A program made the translations under genes and the position numbers. A stretch of DNA of 64,000 nt from a virus. Its lineage: Duplodnaviria; Caudoviricetes. The notes beneath the pieces are model-generated. The model worked only from the letters and a program-made list of their open reading frames with translations. It was not told the DNA's origin and made no database searches. Below are positions 51,127 through 60,845 of this stretch, piece after piece. The number at the start of each line of letters is the position of its first letter. The first letter of the stretch is position 1. The stretch covers positions 128,001 through 192,000 of IMG/VR virus record IMGVR_UViG_3300028886_000028. One strand, 5' to 3'.

Positions 51127-51930
51127 ATGAAAAAGAATAGTGAAATAGGAGGCAATAACATTATAAATGTTAATGTGCCGGCTTCAGATGGTGGTGCAGG
51201 AAAAAAAGGAGTTAATAAATACATAACAGCCTTTAAAGATACATTTGATTTTTTAGCAAGTGCATCTTTTGTATCTGTGGTTAAAGTTATTAGTATATTA
51301 ATTGTTTCTTCATTTATTGTAATATCAAGCGTGATGTGCTATAAAGCAGTCACAAGTGAGGCATTTATTGACGCTTTAGCTAAAAAAGTTACAGAAAAAC
51401 AAGATAAAGAAGAAGTTAAAAATCTTGATTTAAGAGACGATAAAGTTACTCCAAAAATTCAAAAGGAAATAGAAATTCTATGTTATACATTAAGTTCGGA
51501 TAGGGTTTTTATATTTGAAATGCATAACGGTAAAAAGAATTCTAGTGGCTTACCTTTTAGATATGCTGATATGTCATATGAAGAAGTAAATGATGCTAAA
51601 CATGTCGAAAGAATTGCTATGAAGTATCAAAACGTCCCATTGACATTATATAAATTCCCACATTATGTTGCGGAACATGGATATATGTTTGGAACAGTAC
51701 AAGACGTAGCAAAAGTTGATGTTGGTTTTGCAGATGAAATAAAGGATAGTGGAGGAAACTATATTGCTATTATATATATCACATCAAATGGTACGCCTTT
51801 GGGCTTTCTAGGTGTTGCTTTCCATGAAAGGCCATCATTTTCTGATGAATATATAAAAGGAATAATTGAAAGTCATTCAAGAGTTATTACGCCGCTTCTT
51901 GATTTAAGAATGCAAATTTATTGGTCTTAA
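51127..51930 (+). CDS. Putative T4 T-like holin (single TM + GAF-like domain)
   Basis: TM VISILIVSSFIVISSVMC followed by SDRVFIFEMHNG...PLGFLGVAF. Confidence 0.55.
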   Translation: MKKNSEIGGNNIINVNVPASDGGAGKKGVNKYITAFKDTFDFLASASFVSVVKVISILIVSSFIVISSVMCYKAVTSEAFIDALAKKVTEKQDKEEVKNLDLRDDKVTPKIQKEIEILCYTLSSDRVFIFEMHNGKKNSSGLPFRYADMSYEEVNDAKHVERIAMKYQNVPLTLYKFPHYVAEHGYMFGTVQDVAKVDVGFADEIKDSGGNYIAIIYITSNGTPLGFLGVAFHERPSFSDEYIKGIIESHSRVITPLLDLRMQIYWS

Positions 51931-51942
51931 AATATTAGTATT

Positions 51943-52623
51943 ATGATTACAAAAAAATGCATTATCGTTGTGTTGTCTTTATTGCTTTTATTAGCCGGGT
52001 TAATTTGTTTTACTCATTATAAAATGATTGAAACAAATAGGAAGATTGACGAAATTGAATTTAAAGATAGTACAAACACTTATAATAAGATTTATTATGA
52101 AACTAGTATCAAAGAATTAAAAAAGAAAAATAAACAACTTTACGATTCTTTAGCCGCTAGTAAAGATAAAATAGACTATCTCATTCAGTTTACTTCAAAA
52201 CAAGAATATAATACAGGCAAAGTAATAGTTAAAAAAGAGAAAGTACATGATACAATTTATGTTGATAGCATCAAATTTGCGAATGATAAAACATTTGAAT
52301 ACACAAATGTGAATCCAAATGATACTATGAATTATAAATTGCAAATTAACGCAAAAGAAGAACCAAATTGGTATTCCCTTAAAATTAACACAAGTACAAA
52401 ATACACAATTGTAAATAAAGAAGGGGAAAATGGGCAAAACCATATTACAATTGGAGAAGATACGCATTCTGCTGACATAACAGATGTAACAGTATTTAAA
52501 AAGGATAAAAAAACAGTTTGGAAAAGATTTTCAATCGGCCCTAGCGTTACAGGAGGATATGATTTAATAAATAAACAATTTGGCGTAATGGCGGGAGTAT
52601 CAATAACATATAATTTGAAATAA
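51943..52623 (+). CDS. Membrane-anchored protein, possible spanin
   Basis: N-terminal TM, coiled coil, VHDTIYVDS, C-terminal beta strands KRFSIGPSVTGGY...GVSITYNL. Confidence 0.5.
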   Translation: MITKKCIIVVLSLLLLLAGLICFTHYKMIETNRKIDEIEFKDSTNTYNKIYYETSIKELKKKNKQLYDSLAASKDKIDYLIQFTSKQEYNTGKVIVKKEKVHDTIYVDSIKFANDKTFEYTNVNPNDTMNYKLQINAKEEPNWYSLKINTSTKYTIVNKEGENGQNHITIGEDTHSADITDVTVFKKDKKTVWKRFSIGPSVTGGYDLINKQFGVMAGVSITYNLK

Positions 52624-52635
52624 TAAACAATAAGT

Positions 52636-53373
52636 ATGAAATATTTAAAATTATTTAATGACCATGCTGAATATGAAGTTGCTAAGAATGGTTTAATACT
52701 ACCTAATGTATCAAATTGTGTTAATACACAAAATGAAGTGCATTATAATCCTTATGACCCATATGCAGGCCATGAGTATGTTGAGATTGGCGGCTTGAAA
52801 TGGGCAACAATGAACATTGGTGCTTCGCAGCCAAGTGATTATGGTTTGTATTTCCAATGGGGTGACACACAAGGCTACACTGCTGAACAAGTAGGTAGTG
52901 GTGAAGGACAGAAATACTTTGGTTGGGAAGACTATAAATACGGTAATGGTACAAGTTCGCCAGGTGCTACAGGAATGACCAAGTATAACTCTACTGATGG
53001 CTTAACAACACTTGAGGCTGTTGATGATGCTGCTGTTGCTAATTGGGGTGGCAGTTGGCGTATGCCAACAACTGATGAATTCCAAGCTCTTGGTGCTGCC
53101 GTAAACACTGCATGGACTCAAGTTAACAACGTGTATGGTATGTTATGTACAGATAAGGAAGATAGTTCCAAGACATTATTCTTCCCTGCTGCTGGCAGCT
53201 GTCTCAATGGCAGTGTCAGATTCGTAGGCAATGACGGTGGCTATTGGTCTAGTTCTCTTGACACTGATGGTGGGCAGGACGCCTACGACTTGGACTTTTT
53301 CAGTAGCTATGCTGACTGGGGTAGCAGCGGCAGCCGCTGCTGCGGCTTCGCAGTTCGTCCTGTGGTTGGTTGA
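52636..53373 (+). CDS. Leader-family protein: leader + CLec/DUF1566-like domain, candidate DGR target
   Basis: MKYLKLFNDHAEY...EVHYNP; HEYVEIGGLKWATMNIGA, WRMPT, YWSSS, GFAVRPV; NNC-rich 3' end. Confidence 0.88.
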   Translation: MKYLKLFNDHAEYEVAKNGLILPNVSNCVNTQNEVHYNPYDPYAGHEYVEIGGLKWATMNIGASQPSDYGLYFQWGDTQGYTAEQVGSGEGQKYFGWEDYKYGNGTSSPGATGMTKYNSTDGLTTLEAVDDAAVANWGGSWRMPTTDEFQALGAAVNTAWTQVNNVYGMLCTDKEDSSKTLFFPAAGSCLNGSVRFVGNDGGYWSSSLDTDGGQDAYDLDFFSSYADWGSSGSRCCGFAVRPVVG

Positions 53374-53501
53374 GAATTCATCATCACCAATAAACCAAAA
53401 TAAACTTGATTGCCACAAGCGTCAGCCCAAGGCAATCAAGTTTTCTATTTATGCCACCTTGTTATGCATATACTAATGCCAACAGATATATAGTTTCCAA
53501 A
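53371..53501 (+). repeat. Cassette 3' element type B (~130 bp with 13-bp hairpin), copy 1
   Basis: Reverse complement of 62840-62970 with 5 mismatches; stem AAACTTGATTGCC/GGCAATCAAGTTT. Confidence 0.95.
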
Positions 53502-53591
53502 CTTAAAGCGAACTTTTCATGTTAAATTCTTTATTTATTAGTATTTTTTTTTATTTTTTATAAAAATAATAATTCAGAAAGCAAAAAGTAA

Positions 53592-54065
53592 ATGTTACAG
53601 GATGAAATAATGAAATTGGGAGATTACTTTAGAGGAATTGAATATTTCAATGATGCCCTAATTGTAAAAGTTAATTTCCCACCACGATGGCAAGTATATC
53701 CTTCAATAGATGGCAATATAAAGCCCGCCAGTGGAGAAAAAATAGCAGGTGAGTACTTTTATTATGGGGATATGAATAAAGTGTCTCTTGATGAAATTTT
53801 TGAACTGATTAAGGAAACAATTGATGCAAATAAGGATGCAGAATCTAAAATTCAATTGCTCAATGATAAAGTTAATGAACTTAAAGAGTTGTTTAAAAGA
53901 GAGCCATTAGATAGGCTTTTAAAATTGAATTTCATAATAGAAGAAGCGAAAGAAAAAAAACCAAAAAGAAAATACAATAAAAAAAAGAAAGTTGAAGATG
54001 TTAAAGTTGAATCAGATACTATTTTAACAGAACCGGTAATTATTGAAAATGAAAAGGAAGATTAA
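53592..54065 (+). CDS. Hypothetical protein
   Basis: 157-aa ORF starting an operon. Confidence 0.55.
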   Translation: MLQDEIMKLGDYFRGIEYFNDALIVKVNFPPRWQVYPSIDGNIKPASGEKIAGEYFYYGDMNKVSLDEIFELIKETIDANKDAESKIQLLNDKVNELKELFKREPLDRLLKLNFIIEEAKEKKPKRKYNKKKKVEDVKVESDTILTEPVIIENEKED

Positions 54066-54068
54066 AAT

Positions 54069-54419
54069 ATGATTTTATTAATTTATTTTTTATTAGCTTA
54101 TGGCATTTGTAATATTATAATTTTTGCAAATGGGCCGTTTCATATATTTAAAAAAATGCATTCATATTTAAAAGAAAACCATCCATTACTTGAGGAAATG
54201 AGTTCCTGTTTTATATGTTTGCCAACATGGGTGGGAATGTTTTTAAGTGCTGTTAATTTGGTATTATTTCCATTCATTCCATTCACTCCAATGAATTTTG
54301 TATTAGAAAGCAAAAGCCTATGGTTTATTATTATATTTTTTGATGGTTTAATAACATCTGGTGGATGTTGGCTGATGCATACATTGCAAGAGGCCATAGA
54401 ACGTAGTAATAATAGTTAA
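54069..54419 (+). CDS. Small membrane protein with CxxC..W motif (DUF1360-like)
   Basis: Three hydrophobic segments; CFICLPTWVG. Confidence 0.55.
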   Translation: MILLIYFLLAYGICNIIIFANGPFHIFKKMHSYLKENHPLLEEMSSCFICLPTWVGMFLSAVNLVLFPFIPFTPMNFVLESKSLWFIIIFFDGLITSGGCWLMHTLQEAIERSNNS

Positions 54420-54444
54420 AAAGGAATAATATTGTGAAATAAAA

Positions 54445-54696
54445 ATGGAATATGAATTAGTTAGAGAACTAAGGGGTTTGAAAAATGATAAATTAATGAC
54501 GGATAGAGCCGTTGATTTTGAAAAAAATCGTTGGGCTGAAATGCTTAAAGGCGATGTCGGACAAGATATTAAAGATGTTTTAAGTGGTAAGAAAAAAGTT
54601 AAATTGACGTTTAACGAAGTTATAAATTATAAATTGAAGTTTTATAAAAATAAAATTAAAAAAATGTTTACGAAAAATGAAAAGCACATTGTATGA
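54445..54696 (+). CDS. Hypothetical protein
   Basis: ORF in operon. Confidence 0.5.
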   Translation: MEYELVRELRGLKNDKLMTDRAVDFEKNRWAEMLKGDVGQDIKDVLSGKKKVKLTFNEVINYKLKFYKNKIKKMFTKNEKHIV

Positions 54697-55258
54697 AAAA
54701 GTTAAATATGTAATAGAAAGGCTGTTTTTCCACGGTAAAAGATTTGTAGAAGATACTGGAGAAATTTTTAAAGATAGAATTGACACAGCAGAAAAAGCAA
54801 GAGAACTGTTATCAACAGCAAGAGTTAATGATTTATTTGAAATAGAAAATGCAGTACGTGGAGTATATTTTTCAAATGGTAAAATTAATTCACATATGCC
54901 GGCTGATGAATATACATTAAATGATGATTATGGCTTTAAATTATATTATTTCAATAAACAAAAAGCAGATTTTATTCCTGATGAAGAAATGATAAAGGTA
55001 TCAAATGTAATTAATTCTTTGACAAACAAACCTAATATTGTGTTTGCAATAAGAAATGGATTTGGGTATCAATATTATTTTAGAATACACGAAGGGAAAA
55101 ATGGAAACGGAGATTTTGTCGATAATGATTTGAAAAATGTTGTTAAATATCTTGATTCAATGAAAGAAGCAGGCGCAACATGGAGAACAATAACTGATTT
55201 GTTAAACGATATTCAAGATGACGTTTCAAATTGGGTAATAACATTTACAGTATATTAA
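54677..55258 (+). CDS. Hypothetical protein
   Basis: ORF in operon. Confidence 0.55.
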   Translation: MKSTLYEKVKYVIERLFFHGKRFVEDTGEIFKDRIDTAEKARELLSTARVNDLFEIENAVRGVYFSNGKINSHMPADEYTLNDDYGFKLYYFNKQKADFIPDEEMIKVSNVINSLTNKPNIVFAIRNGFGYQYYFRIHEGKNGNGDFVDNDLKNVVKYLDSMKEAGATWRTITDLLNDIQDDVSNWVITFTVY

Positions 55259-55506
55259 TGGAACTTTCACTTAATAGTATCAAGATTTATGAACTTGGTG
55301 AATATATCACTAAATTCCTTGGAGAAAATGGTTTAACAAGAGAAAATGACCTCGTAATAAAGGTTACAAAAGAAGAATTAAAAAAAATAGATGAAGACCT
55401 TTATTATAGAAATAAACCAGAAGGAAAAGAATTTATACCATCAGATAATGATGTTGTGGTTAAATTTGAGAATCTAAATATCATATTTACAGTTGAAGAA
55501 AATTAA
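55258..55506 (+). CDS. Hypothetical protein
   Basis: TAATG coupling gives start MELSLN. Confidence 0.5.
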   Translation: MELSLNSIKIYELGEYITKFLGENGLTRENDLVIKVTKEELKKIDEDLYYRNKPEGKEFIPSDNDVVVKFENLNIIFTVEEN

Positions 55507-56189
55507 GGTCTTAATGAGTTTCTACGAATTTTTAAATCTGACCAGTTGGTCAGATTTTTTATTTTTTGAAACCAAGTTTTTCTAAGTTTGCTATGAAAAG
55601 CGTCTCCTGAAAAGAAAACATATTTAAGTTTATTTTTTTCGCATTCTCTTTCTAATTCATTAAATAGTCTTATGCAATCTGATTCATTTTTACACATAAC
55701 CATGTTAAGTGAATTTGTTGTAGAAATTAAAAGTTTATTTTGGTAAATTAATATTTGTTTGAAATTATATTTATTTGATTCATTTGATATTAAGTTACCA
55801 TATATCCATTCAAAATTTTTTCTTTGAAAAACTGGATGAAAGCCATATACCCAAAAAGTCTCTTCTTTATCATAGTTTTCCCTGTCATATATTATCCAAT
55901 TTTCATTATTTGTTTTATAATTAATTATTTTACCGTTCTCGTCTTTTAATTTGGTACTTTCAGTATTATCATCATTTCTTTTAATAATATACAATTCATA
56001 ATTTGCATTTATTAATTTTCCAACATTGATATATCTAACCGGAAATTTTATTTTTTTATTTTCTGAAATTAATTCTTCAAACTTTTTATTAACCAATTTT
56101 TCCGATGCGCAGTTATACAATGTTTTAATCATTTTTCCATTGCTTACTAATATAATATGATATATATTTTTTTTGGGTATTTTTTGCAT
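55503..56189 (-). CDS. Hypothetical protein
   Basis: 228-aa ORF, divergent from 56294. Confidence 0.55.
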   Translation of the reverse strand: MQKIPKKNIYHIILVSNGKMIKTLYNCASEKLVNKKFEELISENKKIKFPVRYINVGKLINANYELYIIKRNDDNTESTKLKDENGKIINYKTNNENWIIYDRENYDKEETFWVYGFHPVFQRKNFEWIYGNLISNESNKYNFKQILIYQNKLLISTTNSLNMVMCKNESDCIRLFNELERECEKNKLKYVFFSGDAFHSKLRKTWFQKIKNLTNWSDLKIRRNSLRP

Positions 56190-56228
56190 ATTTTAATTAA
56201 ATTATTTCTTTTTTTTAATATTTTTTTG

Positions 56229-56236
56229 TATATTTG
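56229..56236 (+). promoter_or_regulatory. Bacteroidota -7 element
   Basis: TTTTTTTGTATATTTG upstream of the 56294 operon. Confidence 0.6.
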
Positions 56237-56293
56237 TTGTGAATTATATAAAATATTTGTTAAAATAAGTTAAAATAAATAGAAATTATAGGT

Positions 56294-56752
56294 ATGAAAC
56301 TATTTGAGACATCACAAGACATTAAAGATTTGGTGCAAGAAAAATGGGAAGATACTGGTTTGGCTCAGGTTGGCATAGATTTAAAAGTAATTTCAACTCC
56401 AAAGGCTAAAACTATATTGAAGGCCCAAAGGTCAAACGCAACAACTCATTTTTTAACAAAAAAAGATGTAATAGTAACAGTGTTTGAGGAAGCATTTGAT
56501 AGATTATCTGACGAGCATAAAAATTTGCTTGTTGAAGGGGCGTTGAGCAATATAAATTATGATTCAGAAAAAGACAAAATAAGTGTAGATGGAGATTTTG
56601 CTAGAGAAGTTTTCAGAATGAGGCGTAAATATCCAAATTATGTTGATGTTGCTGAAGAATCATACATAGTTATTGAGCAAATAGAGGAAGAAGAAAAACG
56701 TAGAAAAGAAGAAGAACGTCTTGCAAAAAAAGAAAAGAAAAATAATAGATAA
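56294..56752 (+). CDS. Hypothetical protein (weak resemblance to phage metallopeptidase-like fold, no HExxH)
   Basis: VIVTVFEEAFDRLSDEHKNLLVEGALSNI. Confidence 0.45.
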   Translation: MKLFETSQDIKDLVQEKWEDTGLAQVGIDLKVISTPKAKTILKAQRSNATTHFLTKKDVIVTVFEEAFDRLSDEHKNLLVEGALSNINYDSEKDKISVDGDFAREVFRMRRKYPNYVDVAEESYIVIEQIEEEEKRRKEEERLAKKEKKNNR

Positions 56753-56765
56753 AATTATATAAGTA

Positions 56766-57455
56766 ATGAAAGATAAATTAATACATGTATGTTTCATAAT
56801 TGATTCTAGTGGGTCAATGGCGGGAAGCGAAAAAGATGTTATAGGAGGATTCAAGAAAACAATTGATGAACAAAAAGCAGTAAAGGATGGAGAGTGTATA
56901 GTTTCTTTGTATGATTTTGCTAGCGAAGTGAGACAAGTATATCTTGGTAAGTCTCTTGACGAAGTTGATAATATTGACTATAAGGTTGGAGGCATGACGA
57001 AGCTATACGATGGTATAGGGACTGCTATTGATGAAATTGGAAAATGGCTTTCTGATATGAAAGAGGAAGACAGACCAAGTAAAAATCTTATAGTAATCAT
57101 AACAGATGGCGGAGAAAATTCATCAATTGAATATTCTTTAAAAGACGTTAAAGACAGAATAAAAACTCAAACAGATGTATACTCATGGGATTTTATTTAT
57201 TTGGGTAATGACCTTTCTGATGCTAAAGATGCGAATGACTTAGGCTTTAAATTTAAAGGGTTCACAACAAAGAAAAAGTTCTATAACAATTATAATGCCA
57301 TTAGCACAGGCTTAACTGCTTTTAGGTGTGCAGCAACTGTTTCTGAAGCAAATTTGGCACTTACTAGTAGTATAGAATCTTCTATTAATTCCTTAAATGA
57401 AGAATATAAGGATGATACTGGCATAGATTTTACTAATAGTGATAATTATGATTGA
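56766..57455 (+). CDS. von Willebrand factor A domain protein
   Basis: FIIDSSGSM MIDAS, GGMTKLYDGIG, IITDGGENSS. Confidence 0.9.
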   Translation: MKDKLIHVCFIIDSSGSMAGSEKDVIGGFKKTIDEQKAVKDGECIVSLYDFASEVRQVYLGKSLDEVDNIDYKVGGMTKLYDGIGTAIDEIGKWLSDMKEEDRPSKNLIVIITDGGENSSIEYSLKDVKDRIKTQTDVYSWDFIYLGNDLSDAKDANDLGFKFKGFTTKKKFYNNYNAISTGLTAFRCAATVSEANLALTSSIESSINSLNEEYKDDTGIDFTNSDNYD

Positions 57456-57495
57456 AAGATATGGGAGTGGTAGAACACTCCCTTTTTGAATTAAA

Positions 57496-58311
57496 ATGGC
57501 AGAATATGATTTATATTTAGACGATTGCATTAGTAGAATGCAAAAATTAGTCAAAGAAGGCGTTAAAGTAGATTTAACTATAAGCAGCCCCCCTTATGAT
57601 GAAATATATGATTATAGTGGCACTCTGATATGGAATTATGATATATTTAAAGAAGTAGCAAAAAAACTATATGAAATCACAAAAGACGGTGGCATTGTTG
57701 TATGGGTTGTAAATGACCAAATGAAAAATGGGTCTGAATCAGGTACATCGTTTAAGCAAGCGTTATATTTTATGGAGGTTGGTTTTAAATTGCATGATAC
57801 TATGATTTATGCCAAGAATAACCCTGTTCCAAATGCAAAGACAAGATACCAACAGTCATTTGAATATATGTTTGTGCTTTCCAAAGGAAAGCCTAAAACA
57901 ACTAATATACTGACAGAGCCGCGTAGTAACAAATGGAACGATAAAAGGTGCTTCAGGAAAGAAAAAAGGTTCAACAGAGATAAAGATGGACAATTTTCTG
58001 TTAAAAAGGATTTTAAGTTTGACATTAACGAAGAAGTACCAAGAAGAAATATTTGGTATTATTCTGTTGGACTAAATGGTAGTACCAAAGATAAGGATGC
58101 ATTTAAGCATCCTGCTATTTTTCCTGAGAAATTAGCGCAAGACCACATATTAAGTTGGTCTAATGAAGGAGATTTGGTTTTAGACCCATTTATGGGAAGT
58201 GGAACGACTGGTAAAATGGCTATTATTAACAATAGGAATTTTATTGGTATTGAAAAAGTTGATGAATATTATAATATAGCCATTGAAAGAATTAGTCAGG
58301 CTACTAAGTAA
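57496..58311 (+). CDS. DNA methyltransferase (N4-C/N6-A, beta class)
   Basis: SSPPY, HPAIFP, VLDPFMGSGTT. Confidence 0.92.
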   Translation: MAEYDLYLDDCISRMQKLVKEGVKVDLTISSPPYDEIYDYSGTLIWNYDIFKEVAKKLYEITKDGGIVVWVVNDQMKNGSESGTSFKQALYFMEVGFKLHDTMIYAKNNPVPNAKTRYQQSFEYMFVLSKGKPKTTNILTEPRSNKWNDKRCFRKEKRFNRDKDGQFSVKKDFKFDINEEVPRRNIWYYSVGLNGSTKDKDAFKHPAIFPEKLAQDHILSWSNEGDLVLDPFMGSGTTGKMAIINNRNFIGIEKVDEYYNIAIERISQATK

Positions 58312-58327
58312 ATATATTTTTAGCATA

Positions 58328-59140
58328 ATGATTGATATAAATAAAATATATTGCGGCGATGCTGTAAAAATTCTTGAAAATATTGATAACGATAGTGTTG
58401 ACCTTGTTGTAACATCGCCGCCATATAGTAATCTTAGGAATTACGGTAACACTTTAATTGATTGGAATCATGATAAATTCAAAGAAATAGCCAATGAATT
58501 AAATAGGGTTTTAAAGCCGGGAGGGGTTATTGTATGGGTTGTTGGTGATAAAACAGAAAATGGCTCTGAAACTTGTATTCCTTTTAAGCAAACATTGTAT
58601 TTCAGAGATATAGGACTAAACCTTAACGATACGATGATATTCTTTAAAAGTAATCCTATGCCACAAGTTAAACAGCCAAGGTATAGAGATTGTTTTGAGT
58701 ATATGTTTGTTTTTTCTAAAGGGAAGCCAAGCACATTCAATCCTATCATGAGAAAATGTACTGAGAGTGGAAAACATTATAAATCAACTGTTAGAGTTAT
58801 AAACACAGATAATGATAGAAAAGATATTGATTATTTTGTAAGCGATGAAACAGTTGACTATAATGTATGGAGAATGTCCGTAGCGCAAAATAAAATTTTG
58901 TATGATTTAGGAGATAAAAAAATAAAACATCCGGCAGTATTTCCGTATGATATTCCGTTTAAACATATAAAAACCTGGACAAATGAAGGAGATTTAGTTT
59001 TAGACCCATTTATGGGAAGCGGAACCACAGCATTAGCAGCAATAAATTTGAAAAGGAATTATATAGGTATTGATGCTAATGAAGATTATTGTAAAATTGC
59101 TGACATTAGGATAAAAGCAAACGAAACATCTAAAAAATAA
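58328..59140 (+). CDS. DNA methyltransferase (N4-C/N6-A, beta class), paralog
   Basis: TSPPY, HPAVFP, VLDPFMGSGTT; start MIDINK at 58328. Confidence 0.92.
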   Translation: MIDINKIYCGDAVKILENIDNDSVDLVVTSPPYSNLRNYGNTLIDWNHDKFKEIANELNRVLKPGGVIVWVVGDKTENGSETCIPFKQTLYFRDIGLNLNDTMIFFKSNPMPQVKQPRYRDCFEYMFVFSKGKPSTFNPIMRKCTESGKHYKSTVRVINTDNDRKDIDYFVSDETVDYNVWRMSVAQNKILYDLGDKKIKHPAVFPYDIPFKHIKTWTNEGDLVLDPFMGSGTTALAAINLKRNYIGIDANEDYCKIADIRIKANETSKK

Positions 59141-59151
59141 AATTATAAGTA

Positions 59152-59826
59152 ATGGACAGTTTAATAAAAGATTTTAGAAAGTTCGCATTTGATAAAACAA
59201 ATGTAAGGCCATCAGCGTTAGATGCCAAAGTTAAATCAGTAGATAATATAATGCCATTTATTTTGGAAGAAAGAAAAATGAATGTCACCCAAATGGATGT
59301 TTTCAGTAGACTATTATTTGATAGAATTATTTATTTTTCCGGCGTGGTAGATGAAGATTCTTGTAATACAGTTATTGCACAATTGCTTTATTTATCATCT
59401 ACAGATAATAGGGATATAAACATATACATCAATAGTCCCGGTGGCTCAGTTGTAGATGGCCTTGGTGTAATTGACACTATTAATTTTGTTCCTTGTGACA
59501 TAACAACAACGTGTGTTGGAATGGCAGCATCAATGGGTGCAGTTTTGTTGAGTTGTGGCGCTAAAGGAAAAAGGCTTGTTTTGCCACATAGTAGAGTTAT
59601 GATTCATCAAGTATCTAGCAGCCAATCTGGTACTTTTTCAGACTTGGCAATTGAACTTGAACAAACTTTAAGATGCAAAAGGGATATATATAACATACTT
59701 GCTAAAAATACAGGCAAATCATATGAGCAGATAGAAAAAGATTGTGATAGAAACTTTTGGCTTATAGGTAAAGAAGCTGTAGATTATGGTATTGCTGATA
59801 AAGTTTTAAGTAAAGCTGAAAAATAA
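59152..59826 (+). CDS. clpP: ClpP protease subunit (Bacteroidales type)
   Basis: MDVFSRLLFDRII, YINSPGG, GMAASMG, SRVMIHQ. Confidence 0.93.
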   Translation: MDSLIKDFRKFAFDKTNVRPSALDAKVKSVDNIMPFILEERKMNVTQMDVFSRLLFDRIIYFSGVVDEDSCNTVIAQLLYLSSTDNRDINIYINSPGGSVVDGLGVIDTINFVPCDITTTCVGMAASMGAVLLSCGAKGKRLVLPHSRVMIHQVSSSQSGTFSDLAIELEQTLRCKRDIYNILAKNTGKSYEQIEKDCDRNFWLIGKEAVDYGIADKVLSKAEK

Positions 59827-59896
59827 AGGAGAATGAAACGTTTCTCCTTTATTTTTTAAACTAATATTATATTTATTAAAAAATAAAGTAGCAAAT

Positions 59897-60301
59897 ATGA
59901 TATTAAGGTTAATAGAATCTGATTTGCATAAGCTAATATCTTCTACAGTTAAGAAAATATTAAAGGAGAATTCAGAAAATAATGTAATATTAAGTAAAAT
60001 AGTTGAAGGCTTATCAATCTCTGGTATTCCATCAAAAATAGGGATGAATCAGGTAGACATCCCTCTTGATTACAATGGTAATGTTATCGCATGCATAGAT
60101 TATGAAATAGAAGAAAAACAAGGAGATTATAATGTGTTTATAACGTCTATTGTAATAGATGACGATGGTAAAGAATTCGAAATTGAAGATAATGGCATGG
60201 TTACGAATGCATTAAAAAATTTAATTGAACCGTGGACAGAAGATGTTGGATATTATGAAGAAGATGACGACCAATCTGGATGGAATGAAAATTGGAAATA
60301 A
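59897..60301 (+). CDS. Putative internal head protein (LIESDLHKLI motif)
   Basis: Shared N-terminal motif; ATATTTAT upstream. Confidence 0.5.
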   Translation: MILRLIESDLHKLISSTVKKILKENSENNVILSKIVEGLSISGIPSKIGMNQVDIPLDYNGNVIACIDYEIEEKQGDYNVFITSIVIDDDGKEFEIEDNGMVTNALKNLIEPWTEDVGYYEEDDDQSGWNENWK

Positions 60302-60333
60302 ATAATAATTATTATATAAAAACATTAAGAAAC

Positions 60334-60462
60334 ATGGCATGTGGATGTAAAAACAAGGCAGCAAATGCAAGTACAAATGTGGTAAAATCAGCCCCAACAC
60401 AGGAGTCTAAGCCTCAGAAGACTTCAAATGGAGCAAGAATAATCAAAAGAGAAATTAGATAA
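60334..60462 (+). CDS. Small basic protein MACGCK... (42 aa, not in ORF track)
   Basis: Fills intergenic gap, A-rich leader. Confidence 0.5.
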   Translation: MACGCKNKAANASTNVVKSAPTQESKPQKTSNGARIIKREIR

Positions 60463-60464
60463 TT

Positions 60465-60821
60465 ATGATTGACGCACCAAAAACAACATTATTAAATAAT
60501 ATAGATGACTTGGATTTAGTATTTCTTGAAGGGGAAAACGATTTAGAGTTTGAAATAGATGATTATTCATTTGTTGTAACATATTCCCTAGAAGAAGATG
60601 ATTTTTTCACTGAAGATGATGAGGAAATCAAAGGAGGAAAAAAACTGAAAATTTTATCAATAAACGCATATGATAATGTAGAGAATGAAGACATAAACGT
60701 TAACGTTGATGACGAAATGCAAAAATTATTCTCAGATTATTATAAAAATATGTTAAATGATGAAGGATATGAGCCATTAAATGTTAATTTTGGTGAATTT
60801 TCTGATTTTATGGATGAATAA
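60465..60821 (+). CDS. Highly acidic hypothetical protein
   Basis: Asp/Glu-rich, 118 aa. Confidence 0.55.
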   Translation: MIDAPKTTLLNNIDDLDLVFLEGENDLEFEIDDYSFVVTYSLEEDDFFTEDDEEIKGGKKLKILSINAYDNVENEDINVNVDDEMQKLFSDYYKNMLNDEGYEPLNVNFGEFSDFMDE

Positions 60822-60845
60822 TTTCTTTTTTTGATATTTTTTTTG

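Noticed and set aside
53176-53418. Apparently paralogous ORFs MWQSSLFWFIGDDEFST (also 62923-63156)
   Set aside because: The similarity is the antisense translation of the shared type B DNA element; no independent evidence of coding
56766-57455. vWA protein as the Ro60 partner of the Y-RNA-like element
   Set aside because: Stand-alone vWA domain with no TROVE domain
57496-59140. Complete restriction-modification system
   Set aside because: No endonuclease-like neighbour; flanks are vWA and ClpP
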